Part shown: positions 44,213-60,283 of the stretch, one piece after another | Layout of the letters: the number at the start of each line of letters is the position of its first letter | How positions within the stretch are numbered: position 1 is the stretch's first letter | Origin: the human T2T-CHM13v2.0 reference genome, Homo sapiens | Assembly: GCF_009914755.1 (NCBI RefSeq) | Contig: NC_060928.1 | DNA length: 64,000 bases | Reading direction: 5' to 3' (one strand) | Translations under genes and position numbers: made by a program | Notes under the pieces: model-generated | The model's input: only the letters and a program-made list of their open reading frames with translations | Databases searched by the model: none | What the model was told of the DNA's origin: nothing

Positions 44213-45164
44213 TCTCACCAGGAAGACTATGCCAATCATGGAGAAGTCTGATAAATGCAAAACCCATTTGAACCCCCTGGGTGGGGTTTATAGATGTGCA
44301 TGAAAGGAACAGGATCAAGTTCTATATGGGGTCGAGGGCTCAAAACCAAACTCTAAGATCTGGAGTCCCTGTAACAATACATAAATAGGTTTCTGCAACT
44401 CCCGTCTGTGTGGTAGATGAAAATACCATCAGTACACTGACTGATAATGCTAGTATTTTCTAACCTCCAATTACCTAGATAATGCTGCTCAAATCTCTTA
44501 GTTGTTTCCTCAGTGAAAAAAAAAAATGTTTAAACCCAAGGGAATATTTAGAATTAGGTACAGAAATGTTTTATGGTATCAACTTCCAGTATTCATAGTT
44601 TTGAGTGAAGGAATCTGGGCGTGTTTGGTATTATAAGCATTTGTGATGTTTAAGAGATTTGGGGTTATTAGAAGGGACAGTTTGGCCTTTTAATTAACAT
44701 TTGAAATATACACTGAATTACTTGATTTAGACTTATGACTATCAGTTGAAATCATAAAGTTTATATAAAATGTTGGAACATTTAAGAGAATCTAAGTTTC
44801 ATCATATTAGGAAGTTATGTTTTTAAATTTAAAAGAACTAGTTAATTTGGGAATATTTGTCAGGCAAGATCTAATATATTAAGTTTGTTGATGTAATTAA
44901 GTTTTTGAAGGTGTTTTATTAAGTAGTAGGAACTACTGCTAATGAAATAACTTTTAGAAAGAGTTTTGAGATTTCTTAAACTTATAATGATAAGATTTGT
45001 AGATTCGGCTCAATAGTTTAAGGGAGAAAAACATACGTTTCTGATTTTGTATCATCAGTACATACAAATTTTAATTTTTTAAAACCCAAAGTAATTTCTG
45101 AATAATCTATCATATGTGCAAAAAAAGCCTTTGAGGACATAAAATAAATATCACATTAGCACCA

Positions 45165-45650
45165 TGCCAACTTATTCTCCCATCCATCCATCCAACCACT
45201 CACTTATTTACCCTTTACTCTCCCTTCTCTCTATCCTCCTATCCACCTGTCCTTTAACACTCCCACCTACCCACCCATTTATTCATCCATCCATCCATCC
45301 ATCCATCCATCCATCCATTTCCATCCTCCATCCATCCAACCATCCGTCCGTCCGTCCATCCATCCGTCCATCCATCCATCCATCCATCCATCACCCACCC
45401 ACCTTTCCATTCATCATTCATCCACCCATTTCCATCCTCCAATCATCCATCCATCCATCCATCCATCCATCCATCCATCCTTTTCCATCCTCCATCCATC
45501 CATCCGTCTGTCCGTCCGTCCATCCATCCATCCATCCATCACCCCCCCACCCACCTATCCATTCATCATTCATCCACCCATTTCCATCCTCCAATCATCT
45601 ATCCATCCATCCATTTATCTACTTGTCCATTCACCCATTCACCTATCTAC
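45165..45650. repeat. (CCAT)n array, followed by an antisense L2 3' end
   Basis: Array then aaatatttattaaaggacctagtaggcagcagacact. Confidence 0.95.
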
Positions 45651-47439
45651 CTAGGAAATATTTATTAAAGGACCTAGTAGGCAGCAGACACTAGAAAAAA
45701 AGTACCTACACCTAAAGGGGAGCTGCTTCTGGACCCACAGACTTTTCTGACTTCTCAGTGTTGGGAGAGACTAGCTCTGTCCCTCTGCTCTGTCATTTTT
45801 CCTTGACTTTGCCATCTCGCCCCCTACAGTGATCTGGTGATCATGAGCACAGTGGTTAGCATGTGGGCTATGGTACCAATGGCCTGGGTTGAAATCCCAC
45901 CTCTACTATTTGCTCGCTGGATGACATTGGTCCACGGAGACAAAGGAGCACCGACCTCATAGGCTCCTGGTGAGGGCCACGGGTCAGTGCGCGTGGGCGT
46001 GTGTGGGAGCAGAGCCTGGACTGTGGCCTGCCCCTGCCAACACTGCCCATGCTGAGCTACAGCCAGGCATCCTGCTAGATGCTGGCTCATCCCGACATGT
46101 GTGTGCATTGAGGCGGGGTAGCCTCTGGGGGTTCTGGACACAGACCAAAGTCCTACTGCGGCTGTGAAGAGAGCTAAGTGGGGCTGAATGTGTTGCTCTG
46201 AGAAATGAAGAGAAGGGGGTGGCTTTCCATTTTGAACAGCCTCTGCCCCACCAAAGGGAATCCAGTCTCTCTGGGGGCTTTCCTCTAAGCTCTCCCTGCA
46301 CTGCCCTTAGGGCCTGACAGAGCCAGGTCTGGGCTGCAGGGACTGACCAGGAATAATGAGCTGGCCTTGGAAGGCACAGTAGACAGCCCATTCCCATAGC
46401 TCCTCCCAGGGAGCACAGGGTGCAGAGAGGCCTGGGGAGAGGCTGTTTGTGCCCCCAGCGTGGGTCCCTCAGGTGCGGCCCCAGCCCTGGCTCCAGATGG
46501 GGCTCGAGAATCAGCCATCTTCCCTGCGTTCTGCGGGGCTGCCCTGGTCCTGCGGCCCCATGGCCCCTGTGGTCATGTTGAATGCTCTCAGCTCCGGGTT
46601 CACCTGAGACCCTCTGCCTGCCTGTCCCGAAGGCTGCTACCCTGTGGCGTGGGGAGCTCCTACTGTCCCCATCCACCGCCATCTGCCAGGCCCATGGTCC
46701 CTCTGGTGCCAGGAGCCTGCTGGTCACTCTGCCTGTCCTCTGGGCAGCCTGGTGGGGATGGTCCCCTGGATCCTCAGAGCCTGCCCCTGCCCCACCCAGC
46801 TGCCTCCTCCAGGCTCTCACAGCGGGCATGGCTGGTCCTGTATTATGTTCTAGAACAAGGCCGGGCACAGGCAGGGGGCATGGTGCAGGCACCAGGCAAA
46901 GCCTGTTTCCTGCCGTGGGGCTTGGGTAGGTGCAGAGCCTGCAAGTCTGATTCTTCTGTAAAGGGAGGGGACCAATATGTCCTCAAAGGGGGCTGGAAGG
47001 AGGGGCGGGCGGAGCTGGAGTCTGAGTCAGTGGGGACAGGGGCACACTGAAGGGTGGTCAAAGCAGACTTTCTCCCATTTCTGTGACCGGGGCTGTGCCA
47101 TGCCTTGGAGGAGAAGAGGTGCCTGCCTGGGCTCTTTCCTGGGCTCCCGTAAGAGGAGGTGCGATGAGGGGACTGGTCAGAGATGGTGGAACCCTTCCGG
47201 TGCAGGGAGGTGTCTGCCAGGCACAGCTGCAGGGCCTCTGTGGCCGTCACAGGTGCAGCCCCATGCATGACTCAGTCAAATTAGATACCTTCAGGGAGGG
47301 CCCTGGCCTCCGTGCTTCTGGTCTCCTGGCAGTCGGGTCCCAGAACTGGGCTCACCCCTGGTCCCTCTGCACTTTTGCACCTGCACTCTCTCTGTACAGG
47401 GCAAGACAGCCCCTCCCAGACCAATGGGCAGAGCAGGGC

Positions 47440-49400
47440 ATCCTTGTAAACAATATGATTTTATTGTCATGAAGTGAATGGCACACACGAATGGTAATGT
47501 GAGCCCCTGGAGCGACACGCTATTGCCACCATCCCAGAAACTTCCTGGGTTCCTTTCCTCTCCCCTTGGGGACCACTCACCTGACTTTTGGGGTAATCAT
47601 TTTCTGCCTTTTAGTTACAATTTTCCCACCTACGTAGGCACCCCTAAACAGATGCTTAGTTTTTGTCTGTTTTCGAATGCTACCTGATGGGATCACATCC
47701 TGGGAATGCTTCCGTGACTCATTTCTATTGCTCAGACGACTCTTCTTTGCAGATGTGTGTAGCTGTCGCTGTTCATTTTCCTGGCTGTGTAGTATTCCAT
47801 GGTATGCCTGCACCACTAAAGAAATGCTGCTGTGACCACTGTAAACATTGGAACCATCTTTTCCAAGCAGGTATTTACTGAAAATAGCCAGAGCTACTTT
47901 GTCAGCAGTTTGGACAGCTTCAACTTTACTAGATACTGCTGAATGATTTTCTAAAGTGCATACCCAGCAGCAACCTATAAAAGGTACTGTTGCTCCACAT
48001 CCTTGTCAACACTTGGTTTTGTCTGAATTTAACATTTTTAAACTTTTTTTCCTTATTAGAAATGGGGTCTTGCTATGTCACCCAGGTTGGCCTCGAACTC
48101 CTGGGCTCAAGCAATTCTCCCAGCTTCCTGAGATTTTACTATGTTGACGGTCTAGTGAATGTGAAGTAGCACTAGCTGTGGTTTTAGTTTGCTATGGTTT
48201 TAATTTGCATTTCCTTGGTAGGGAATGAGGTTCTGCATCTTTGCCTATGTGTATTTGCCAACTGGATTTTCTTTTATGTGAAGCACCTGTTCAAGTCTTT
48301 TGTCCATTACATATTTTTTGTTTTTTGGTGACTAGTTACAAGAATTCTTTATATATTTCCTAAGTGACTCTTTGCCAATTATCCGTCCTGCAGACATCTT
48401 CTCCCAGTGTGTCTTATCTTTCCATTTCAATGCGGTGTCTGATGAACAGAAGTAGTACATTTTAATGAAGTCCAATTAATTCCTCTTTTGCTTTATGGCT
48501 TGTGTCCTTTGTGTCTTGCTTAAGGAATGTCTCTTTACTCTGAAGTCAGATTTTCTTCTTTATGCCTTTCCAAAAGATCTGTGGGTTCATCTTTCATATT
48601 TAATCCACCTGGTATTGATTTTTGATTTAAAATTATTTTTTCTCAGCATTGACCTTTGTGGACAGTACAGAGCAGGAGTGTAAGTAATATTTTTCCCTCT
48701 ATGGATAATCAGTTCTCCAAACTGATTTTAAATGGGACTGTCTTGTCCCCATCGATCTGCCTGTCTCCTCCAGCATCCAGGCCTGCTCTGTTTCCGTCTG
48801 GTATGCGTTACCTGTGTGCCGATACCTAATTGTCTGCTTTGCTAAGGCTTTAAAGGAAATCTTAGGGAACAGAAAGACCAACCTTCCCGCTTTTTATTCT
48901 TCATTAAGAATATTTTGGCTATTCCTGGCTCTTTTTAAAAAGTTAAAAAAGATCTTTATTGGGCACCAGAATCAGAATAGGTTTACAGTGGTGCCTGCTC
49001 CAATTCCATGTAAATTTTAGAATCATCTTGTTAAAGTCTACAAACACACACACACACACACCCATGTGCACACACATGCACATACATGCACCCATGCACA
49101 CACCCATGCACACACATATGCACATGCGTGCACACTCACACACATGCACGCACCACTTGGGATTGTGATTGGCATTGTAGTGGCTCTACACATCATTTTG
49201 GGGAAAAATTGGTATCTCTGTAATATTATTGAGTTTTCCAATCCATATACATGTTTATTTTTTGAAAACAAGTATGTTTTATTTCTCCATTTATTTAGAT
49301 CTTCATTCATGACATGCAGTAAAACTTCTTATTTTTTCTCTGTGTATCTTGCACGTATTTTGTTAGGTTTATTCCTAGATACTTCTTGCCAGCTGTACTA
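47440..49400 (-). mobile_element. Old L1M fragments (3' UTR/ORF2) with a CA microsatellite and an Alu fragment
   Basis: ttgctccacatccttgtcaacacttggt; ttaatttgcatttcctt; MILKFTWN and EDLNKWR ORF2 motifs. Confidence 0.8.
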
Positions 49401-49411
49401 CTGTAATGGTC

Positions 49412-50172
<761 letters not shown>

Positions 50173-50177
50173 AGTAT

Positions 50178-50480
50178 CTTTTTTTGTTTTTGTTTTTTTG
50201 AGACAGGGTCTCACTGTGTCACCCAGGCTGGAGTGCAGTGGCGTGATCTTGGCTCACTGCCAAGCTCTGCCTCCTGGGTTCAAGTGATTCCTGTGCCTCA
50301 GCCTTCCGAGTAGCTAGGACTACAGGCGTGTGCCACCATGTCTGGTTAATTTTGTATTTTTAGTAGAGATGGGGTTTCACTTTGTTGGCCAGGCTGGTCT
50401 TGAACCCTTGACCTCAAGTGATTTGCCTGCCTTGGCCTTCCAAAGTGCTGGGATTACAGGTATGAGCCACCATGCCCAGC
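50178..50480 (-). mobile_element. AluS
   Basis: TSD ctaatacag(t/c)atc. Confidence 0.93.
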
Positions 50481-50892
50481 CCTAATACAGCATCATTTAA
50501 AAAGTTATAGTTTCTATTTTTTTTTGTTGCTCATATATGGCAATACAACAGATGTTTGCATTTTGGTTTGTATCTAGCAAACCTGCCAAACTCATTAACC
50601 CAAGTGCTTTACTTGCAGCTCCTTCTGAATTGTTCTTGACAGAATCAGACAGACCTGTGGTCAGTCACCCTCTTTTCAGACTTTACTCTGTATTTTCCTC
50701 TCTCTCCTTCCGGGTGTCAACATGGATGTGTGCCAGACCCTTTCTGCCGGCTTCCCCTCCTCCCATTTTCTCCTCCGCACTTTCTGTCTGACTTCCTGTG
50801 CTGCGTGGAGAACGGCTTCCGCTTCCCCCAGGCTCATCCATCCTCTCCTCTGCTGTGTCTGCTCTGCAGTCAAATGCATTCATTGCCTTTGA

Positions 50893-51358
<466 letters not shown>

Positions 51359-52696
51359 TAACCCAAGCTCTTGGAATAAAGCTTCTTTGTCAGTTTATCA
51401 ATGTTCACAATTTACCACAAATTACCCAGGATTTATTTTATTTGATTTTGTTGTGTGGGAGGCATGAGTAAAGGTCATGGCCTGCCATAGTGTAGGAAAA
51501 TGGAAGCCGTGGGCCTTGTTTAAAACAAGCTAAGAGGCGTCGAATGTAAGGAGTTTCCCGTTCCTTAGGTTGTGGGTGAACCTGTGCTCAGAACAGCCCA
51601 GATGGCTCTGCCAGGGTGGGAGCCACAGATGAGAGTCCCAGATGAGACTTCCAGCTTTCCTGCTGTGGTGTATGCCCAGGTGCTTCTGATAGGACAGTGC
51701 CAACAGCAACAACAAGGAACGCAGCTGCAGCAGCGGGGGCCCTGGGCAGGCGGCCTGCCCTCACTTAGGCCACCATGTGCCTGTCGAAGTGCGTAGGAGC
51801 CTGGAGCTGCCATCACTGCTGCTTTATAACTGTGGGCACCGAGGTTAAACAGTTTGCCCCTGGTCCCGGGCTGGGATTTGGCTGGGCTGGGCCGGCTCAG
51901 CCCCTGCAGGGTTCTCACCTCTGCACCTACCTGGACCTTCCTCTCATTCTCAGCTTCTGGTGAAAATGGAGCTTCTGCCCCGAGGCACCGGGCCTGGCAG
52001 TCCTTCCCTGAACACCCCAGCATTGAAACAAGAGGCAGAAAGGTCTCAGCAGTGGGCAGTAAAGATGTCACATCCACCTGGCCAGGCCACTGTGGTCTTT
52101 GGAGATGGCCGTGGACTCGCTCTCATGGAGCTGGGAGCTGCTGGGTGGGCCCCACCTCATGGCTGCATGTAGCAGAAGCAGGCAGAGAATTTGAGACGTG
52201 GCAGAGGGCTGAATCCAAGGAAGTTCCTCAGAAAGTGCAGGGCCCCTCGGAAACAAAGGGCCCTCAGAAACAAGGGGCCCTTGGATCCTCCCGGCTGGGC
52301 AGAAAGCCTGGCTCAGCCCCCCATGCTCTTGGAGCAGGCAACTTCTGAGGCTTCCATACTCCACTCCCAGGCCTGGCACTCCTGTCCTCCCTGGAGGGCA
52401 TAGTGTCAGGAGGGTGCCCAGGCATCACTGGCTGCCTGCCTGCCTCCTCACAAGAGGAGGAGGCCTGGGCCCAAGGTGGCCATGACCGGCCAGCCCTGGA
52501 CTCCTATGTGCAGCACTTGCTCCGCCACCCTTCCCTGTCACAGGGGCAAAGAGGCACAGGCCAGGCCAGAAGCGTGGAGTGTGAGGGGGTCATGGCTTTA
52601 GAGCTGAGAGACACTGGGGTGGTGGATTAATGTCGGCAGGGCTGGAAACAGAATCAGAAAGCAGGCCCAGGAGTCACCTCATGTGGAACATGTAGA

Positions 52697-53175
52697 TTTC
52701 CAGGTGCGCCTGCACTCCCAGATGAGACTTCCTGGTGCGCCTGCACTCCCAGGTGAGACTTCCTGGTGCACCTGCACTTCCAGATGAGACTTCCTGGTGC
52801 ACATGTACTCCCAGGTGAGACTTCCAGGTGCACCTACACTCCCAGATGCAGACTTCCTGGTGCACCTGTACTTCCAGATGAGACTTTCTGGTGCACCTGC
52901 ACTTCCACATGAGACTTCCGGGTGCACCTGCACTCCCAGATGCAGACTTCCTGGTGCACCTGCACTTCCTGGTGCAGACTTCTTGGTTCATCTGCAACTT
53001 CCTGGTGAGAATCCCTTGGGCATCTGCACTTCCTGATGCACCTGCACTTCTAGGTAAGATGTTCTGCTGCATCTGCATTTACGGGTGAACTTCCTGATGC
53101 ACCCATACTTCCTGGTGAGAATCCCTTGAGCACCTGCACTTCTAGGTGGAACTTCCTGGTGCACCTGCGCCTCCA
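52697..53175. repeat. 31-bp VNTR (cctgcactcccagatgagacttcctggtgca), degenerating to the right
   Basis: About 8 regular units followed by truncated variants. Confidence 0.93.
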
Positions 53176-54474
53176 GGCACAGACTCTCAGGTGAATTTCC
53201 AGGGAGAAGAGACCTAGGCTGCATTCCACAGGTGTCTGGCTTTTTTTGACCTTTGACCTTGAGTGCTGTCTTGGGAGGTAGGCTTTTCCAGGGTCAGTGA
53301 GGATCGAATAGGGTGGATAGACATGGCGGTGGCAGGTGCAGAGGAGCGACATGCAGACATTTGACATGGAGGGGGAGGACAAAGCCACCTGACCAAAGGT
53401 ATCCCAGTCTCAACACAGCCAGGAAGCCTAGAATATGTGCAGGTGAACATATCCCCAGCAGCACTGTGGAGGGTCTCCTCTCCCCAACTCCAACTGCCCC
53501 ACTGCCCCTGTTTGGAGGTGAGCACCTGGCTGAAGCTGCCCCCTCTCCTGGCCTGGCTCCGGCTCCTAAGCTGTCCTGTGGTTCTGCCTTCCCACTGGAC
53601 TTGTCCCCAGGGAGGAGAGCCCTGGCTCAGTGACAGGAAGGTCTGGCTGCCAGATGGCCCATCCCTCAGGTCACTTAATACAAGGCGTCTGGCTGGCTGG
53701 CACCTGGGTCTCTGGGGTGTGTGTTAGTGCAGTTCAGCGAACCTCTCTCCCTGAGGCAGATCCAGGGTGATGTGTGGTGGGGTTTCTCAGTGAGCCAGGC
53801 TAGGAGACCCTCGCTGGGGAGGGCGCCAAGCAGTGCCACCTGGGGTTGGGGCGTCAGCCAAGCATCAGCCCCTAAGTCCATGGCGTGACAGCTAGAGACA
53901 TCCCCCATGTGTGAATGTGTTGTTTTGTTTTCTTAGTTATTTTAGAGAAAACGTTCCCTGAACATGCCACATGCAGAGGATGCTGGGTATCAGGCTACCT
54001 TTGCTGGACAGCTCCAGGTAACTGCATTTGCTCTGCCAATGTTGGCTTTTTAAAAATAGAAAACACATATAGACAAATCCATCACACACACATGCACAGA
54101 CACACACACACACACACAGACAAATCCATCACACACACATGCACAGACACACACACACAGAGTCAACGACATAGGCTCACAAGTAGAGCTCTTCGTCTGT
54201 TTATACTTAATGCAATTACTGATACATCTAAGTTTGGAGCTGCTGTTTTCTTTTACGTATACTGTTTGTTTGCAGATTCTGTGTATAAATTCTTTCCTTT
54301 CTTGCCGCCTTTTAGATGATTTCCCCCAGCTTACCTTGAGGACTTTCGAGCAAACAGACACGTTGAAAGAATAGACAAGGACCACTTGCATGCCCCTCAG
54401 TTAGATTCACCAACTGTCAATATTTTGCACTGTATGTATACACGTACATGTCTGTGTATACACATATACACATA

Positions 54475-54869
54475 CAGTCACACATCGCCCGATGGCAGGG
54501 ATGGTTCTGAGGAAGGCGCTGTTAGGCGATTTCGTCGCTGTGCGAGCATCATAGTGTGAACTTACTCAAACCTAGATGGCACAGACTCATCGCCTCCCAC
54601 ACGCCTGGGCTGTATGGCAGGACCTCCTGCTACCGGGCTACAAACCCAGGCAGGGTGGTACTGTACTGAATGGTGCAGGTGATTGTAACACAATGGTAAG
54701 TATTTGTGCATGTAAACATACCTAAACATAGAAACAGTGTAGTAAAAATATGGTATAAAAGATCAAATACAGTACACCTGTACAAGGTCTGCTCTGTTCT
54801 AATCTTATGGGGCCACCACTGTATATGCCGTCTATTCTTGACAGAAGTGCTTTATGTGGCACATGACTG
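54475..54869. mobile_element. Tigger3/MER7 non-autonomous DNA transposon
   Basis: TA|CAGTCA ... TGACTG|TA termini. Internal ttaggcgatttcgtcgctgtgcgagcatcatag and taatcttatggggccaccactgtatatgc. Confidence 0.88.
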
Positions 54870-56720
54870 TACATGGAAATACACACACACTCACACACAT
54901 CCACACACAAGCATATGCATACACACATATATACATGTATATACACGTGCATATAACATATGTAGATATCTGCCAATTGCTATCCAACGTGAATTCCATA
55001 AATTTACACTCCTACCAGCAGCATTTGGGTATCTGAGGTGTCACACATCCTTGCCAGCACTGGATATTATCCCGGCTTGGAGATTTTGCCAGCCTGGTGG
55101 GTGTGAAGTGGATCTTGTTGTGGTTTTAATTTCCATTTCTCTAATTATGCAGAGGCTGAGTGCCAGGCTTCCTCTCCTGGGAAGAGCCTGCCGGCTTGCG
55201 GGCTGTCAGCGCTCACTGTGGGTGCGGGTGGCGTGCCTGCCTGCACGGCCCTTGCCTCTCTTAGTCTACAGGGTCTCCACTCCTGAGTTCCCGGAAACAA
55301 GATACAGATTTCAGAATGGCACCTGAACATTGTTTACTGATTTCCGGCTGGAAGTGAGGGTCCGAGGGATTCTTCTATGGAATTGTATGACTCAGCATCT
55401 TTCTGATTGCAAGCAGCAGCATCGCAGCCTAAATGAATCTATTGGCTTCTTCAACAGACCAATCCGGTGGACGTGGTGGCTTCGGGTGAGGGATGCTCCA
55501 GGGGCTCTCCATGATGTCCCCAAGGTCCTTTAACCTCTGGGCACTGCTTCTGCAGGATTGGCTTTGCTTAGGGTTGGTTCCCCTTCATTCTTGAGCTGGT
55601 TGTGGGCAACTCCTGCCCCCTGTGGGGGGACTGGACTGCCTTAGATCACATGTGTGTCCCTGACTCTCTGTGGTCAGGGGATAGAATATTCAGATTGGAG
55701 GGGAGCCAGCTTCTCCTAAACCACGTGGATCTCCAAACGGAAGTCAGAGCAGATGGGAAGGGGGAGCAGACGTTGAGCTCAATCAATAAACACCCACCTT
55801 GGGAGCTGCAGCCTGGAGGGCTTGGTGACTGCCACGCTGGCTGCTCAGAGCTCCTCGCTTACTTTTGGGCATATGCCTGTGAACCAGATGGTGGCACCTC
55901 CTGAAAATCGGGTCTGTGGATAATGGGAGGATTTTTTAAATTATGAAAATGTTCATTATGGAAGAATAAATGAAGAATAGCATATGAAAACCTGTATCTC
56001 TCCCACTTAGGTTCAACAATTATTAGCATATTGCCATGTATGTTTCTCTCTTTCCTTCCTCTAAAGTTTTGCTGAGCATTTCACAATGAGTTTGAGGCAC
56101 TGTGACACTTTGCTCCCAATCCTTTCACTTGCATGTGTTGAAAACAAGGACATTTTCTACAGAACCACAATACCTTGATCACATGTAAGGAAATTAGGAA
56201 TCAGTTCTCAAATACTATCTAATATCCTGTCCAGGTTAAAAGTGCCCAGTGCTCCCTACATCTCTCATAGCTGTGACTTTGAACCAAGACTTAACCAAGT
56301 TTCACGCACTGCCTCACCTGTCTCTAAAACTAGAAAAGTTCCTGTCCCTTCCAGATTGAAAGTTTTAGGTTAAAAATATAGTTTCTCGACATTATTTTCT
56401 TGACTTTTCCTCTTGAAGGGCTATGTCTTGAAGAGCGCCCACAGTTTGAGTTCTTCTGTTTCTTCATGACAGGCTCAGCTTGTTCCTCTGTCCCCCTGTC
56501 TTTTCTGTATATTGAAATTTAGGTATAAATCCTTCATAGGGATTCACTTTATGCTCCATAAGTGAAGCTATGTTCTTTGTACTGCTACGCTTTATGCTGC
56601 TGTGCTTCAGGACCATGTGACAGGTTATTACATTTGCTTTTTTGTCTCATTTCCCATCTTTTCCTCCATCTTCTGATCATAATTGAGCATTTTATTATCC
56701 CATTATATCTCCTCTATTGA

Positions 56721-57149
<429 letters not shown>

Positions 57150-58814
57150 ACAATTTATATTTTTAAACAATCTGAGCATACCTTAAAATAATATTGTACT
57201 TCTTCAAGTGCAGTGTAAGGACCAGTATACATGGAATTCCTCCCTGCTCTTCCTGTGTCGTTTTTATTACACACTTCACTTTGACATATGTCACAAACAT
57301 ACAATAAATTATTATAATCTTCCCTTTAAACAATGATGTTTTAGAGAAATTAAATTTAAAAATGATTTTCTTTTGTCTTCAGTCAATTTCCAGTATCTTC
57401 ATTTCTTTTTCTAGATTCAAGTTTCTGTCTATATAATATTCCTTCCACTTGAAGGACTTTAATATTTTTTGTGTAGAGTGGGTTTTCTGGTAATGAATTC
57501 TTTCAGGTTTTTTTTTTTTTGGAGGTCTTCATTTTTCATTCAGTTCTTAAAAAAAAAAAGAAATCTCTCCTTTGTCTTTTTGCTTGCATGGTTTCTGATG
57601 AGAAGTCTGTGGAAATTCTTATCTATGTTTCTCTGCAGATAATGTATCTTTTTCCCCATCCGGTTTCAAGAAGATTGTCTTTGTCTTTCCTTTGTGGTGG
57701 TTTGAAGATGTATCCAGGTGTGGATTTTCCTGGTGTTTACCCTTCTTGATGTTCTCTGGGCTTCCTGAATCTGTGATCTGGTGTCTGTCACTCATATTGG
57801 AGAATTTTTAGCCGTTAGGTCTTCAAATACTTCTTCCAGCCTCTTCTCTGTGTCTTCTCCTTCTGGAACTGCACTACATGTATGTTAGGCCATCCAATGT
57901 TGTTCCAGGCTCTTCCCACATGTGCCTGCCCTCTTCCGGGGTGGTGCCATGGTTAGCATGTGTGTCTGACCCTCTCCTAAGGTAGAGTTTTTTCTTTTTT
58001 CTGTTTTCCTCTCCCAGCTTCCATGGACTCCTACCAGTGACAGAGGCTCGGATTTTTGTGTTGTTGTTGTTTTTCTTTGCAGACTTTGTTCCATTGCGCA
58101 GAGAGTGGGGATGGGTCTGGGCAGAATTTTGGGGGTAAATGTGTTTCCTTCCACCACTACCCCAGGTAAAGTCTCCCTAGGATTTTCCTTGTGTCTTCCC
58201 TGGGAGCGGTTGGTGGGATCCTTGGAAGAAAAGCTTCAAGAGGGTGAGAACCTCCCATATGTCTGTGGCACCAGGGGTGTCACACTCCCATGCTTATCCA
58301 TGCTTGGCCTTTAGTAAATTCTTACACATTTCTACACAATATAGATCTATATCTAACAGCCTGTAATAGACTCAGTGGCATCTGCCCCAGGTGAGAACAT
58401 GCTCAGGTCCTGTTTCTCCCCGGAAGCCTGTTTTTCTCCAGATTTTGGCTTGCTTGTTTTCCCTGTGACTCCATTTCTCTGAAGGCCTGATGAAAAAATC
58501 GTTAACTTGCAGTTTCTCAGCTTTTTTTCTTATTGTAAGGGCTGAACCAAGGCTCTTTCTGCTGTCTTCAAGCTGAAACTGGAAATCTGCTTTCGCTCTT
58601 GAAAGGTATTTTTGTGAGATGTAGGATTCTAGGCTGACGATTTTTTCAGTCTGCAAGGATGTCATCCACTGTCTCCTGCCGGCATTGTTTCTAATGAGAA
58701 GCTGGAGGTATTTCTTTTCTTCCCCTCCTACATGTCATGTTTAATTTTTCTCTAGCTGCTTTTCAGAGTGTATTTTTATTTTTGGTTTTCAGTATTTGTT
58801 ATAAAGTACCTTGG

Positions 58815-59345
58815 TGTGTTTGTGTATGTGTATGGTGTGTGTGTGTCTCTCTGTGTGTGGGGTGTGTGCATGCACATATTTGTGTGTGGGGTGTGTGTGG
58901 TGTGTGTGTCTGTGTGTGGTGTGTGTCTCTGTGTGTGTGTCTCTGTGTGTGTGTATGTGTGTGTGTGTTCATGTGTTTGTCTATGTGTGGTGTGTGTTTG
59001 TGTGTGTGTTTGTGTGTGTGTCTATGTGTGTGGTGTGCATGTGTCTGTCTGTGTGTGTGGTGTGTGTGTTTCTGTGTATGTGTCTCTGTGTGTGTGTGTT
59101 TGTGTGTGTCTGTGTATGGTGTGTGTGTTTCTGTGTGTGTCTCTGTGTGTGTCTATGTGTTTGTGTGTGTGCCTGTGTGTTTATGTGTGTGTCTGTGTAT
59201 GGTGTGTGTCTATGTGTGTCTCTGTGTGTGTCTGTGTGTGTATGTCTCCGTGTGTGTCCGTGTTTGTGTGTGTGTGTGTCTGTGTGTCTGTATGTTTGTG
59301 TGTGTGTCTGTGTGTTTGTGTGTGTGTCTGTGTGTGTGCATGCAT
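58815..59345. repeat. (TG)-rich array
   Basis: Direct inspection. Confidence 0.97.
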
Positions 59346-59381
59346 GCACGTTATGCTTAGGACTTGTTATTTCTTCTGTAG

Positions 59382-59708
<327 letters not shown>

Positions 59709-60242
59709 TGAAAAATTTTGTCCATTATTTCTTCAAATCCGTTTTTTATCCCAGCTGCAGTCTTTTTCTCCTCTCCTTCTGGGGCTCCAGGAATGGATTC
59801 AATGGATATTGACACTTATGTTAGACGACTTGACATTGTCTCACTGAATCTCTCTATTTTCTCAATGCTTTCTCTCTCTTTTTCCTTCACATTGAATAAC
59901 TTCTGTTGCTCTGTCTTTCAGTTCACTGATTCTTTCTTCTGCTGTCTCCAATCTGTTTGTGAAGCTCGCCCAGGGTTGTTTTTGTTCCAGAGAGTGTAGT
60001 TTTCAGTGTCAGAATTTCCATTTTGTTTCAGGGCGTTTCATTTCTGCCGAGAGTCTCCATCTGTTTGCTTATCGTCACCGTCTGTTCTTCTAAGCTCTTG
60101 AACATATTTGTAATAGGCATTTCTAAGTGCTCGTCTGTGAACTCCAGTGTCTCTGGGTGTATTTCTATTTACCGTTAGTCCTTTTCCCTGGCTGTGTGTC
60201 AGATTTTCCCAAATCTCCATGTGTAGGGTTTTTTTAAAATTT

Positions 60243-60283
<41 letters not shown>

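Noticed and set aside
46410-47425. Possible third inverted repeat (46410-46475 vs 47375-47425)
   Set aside because: Only ~25 bp of patchy complementarity in GC-rich DNA, compatible with chance.
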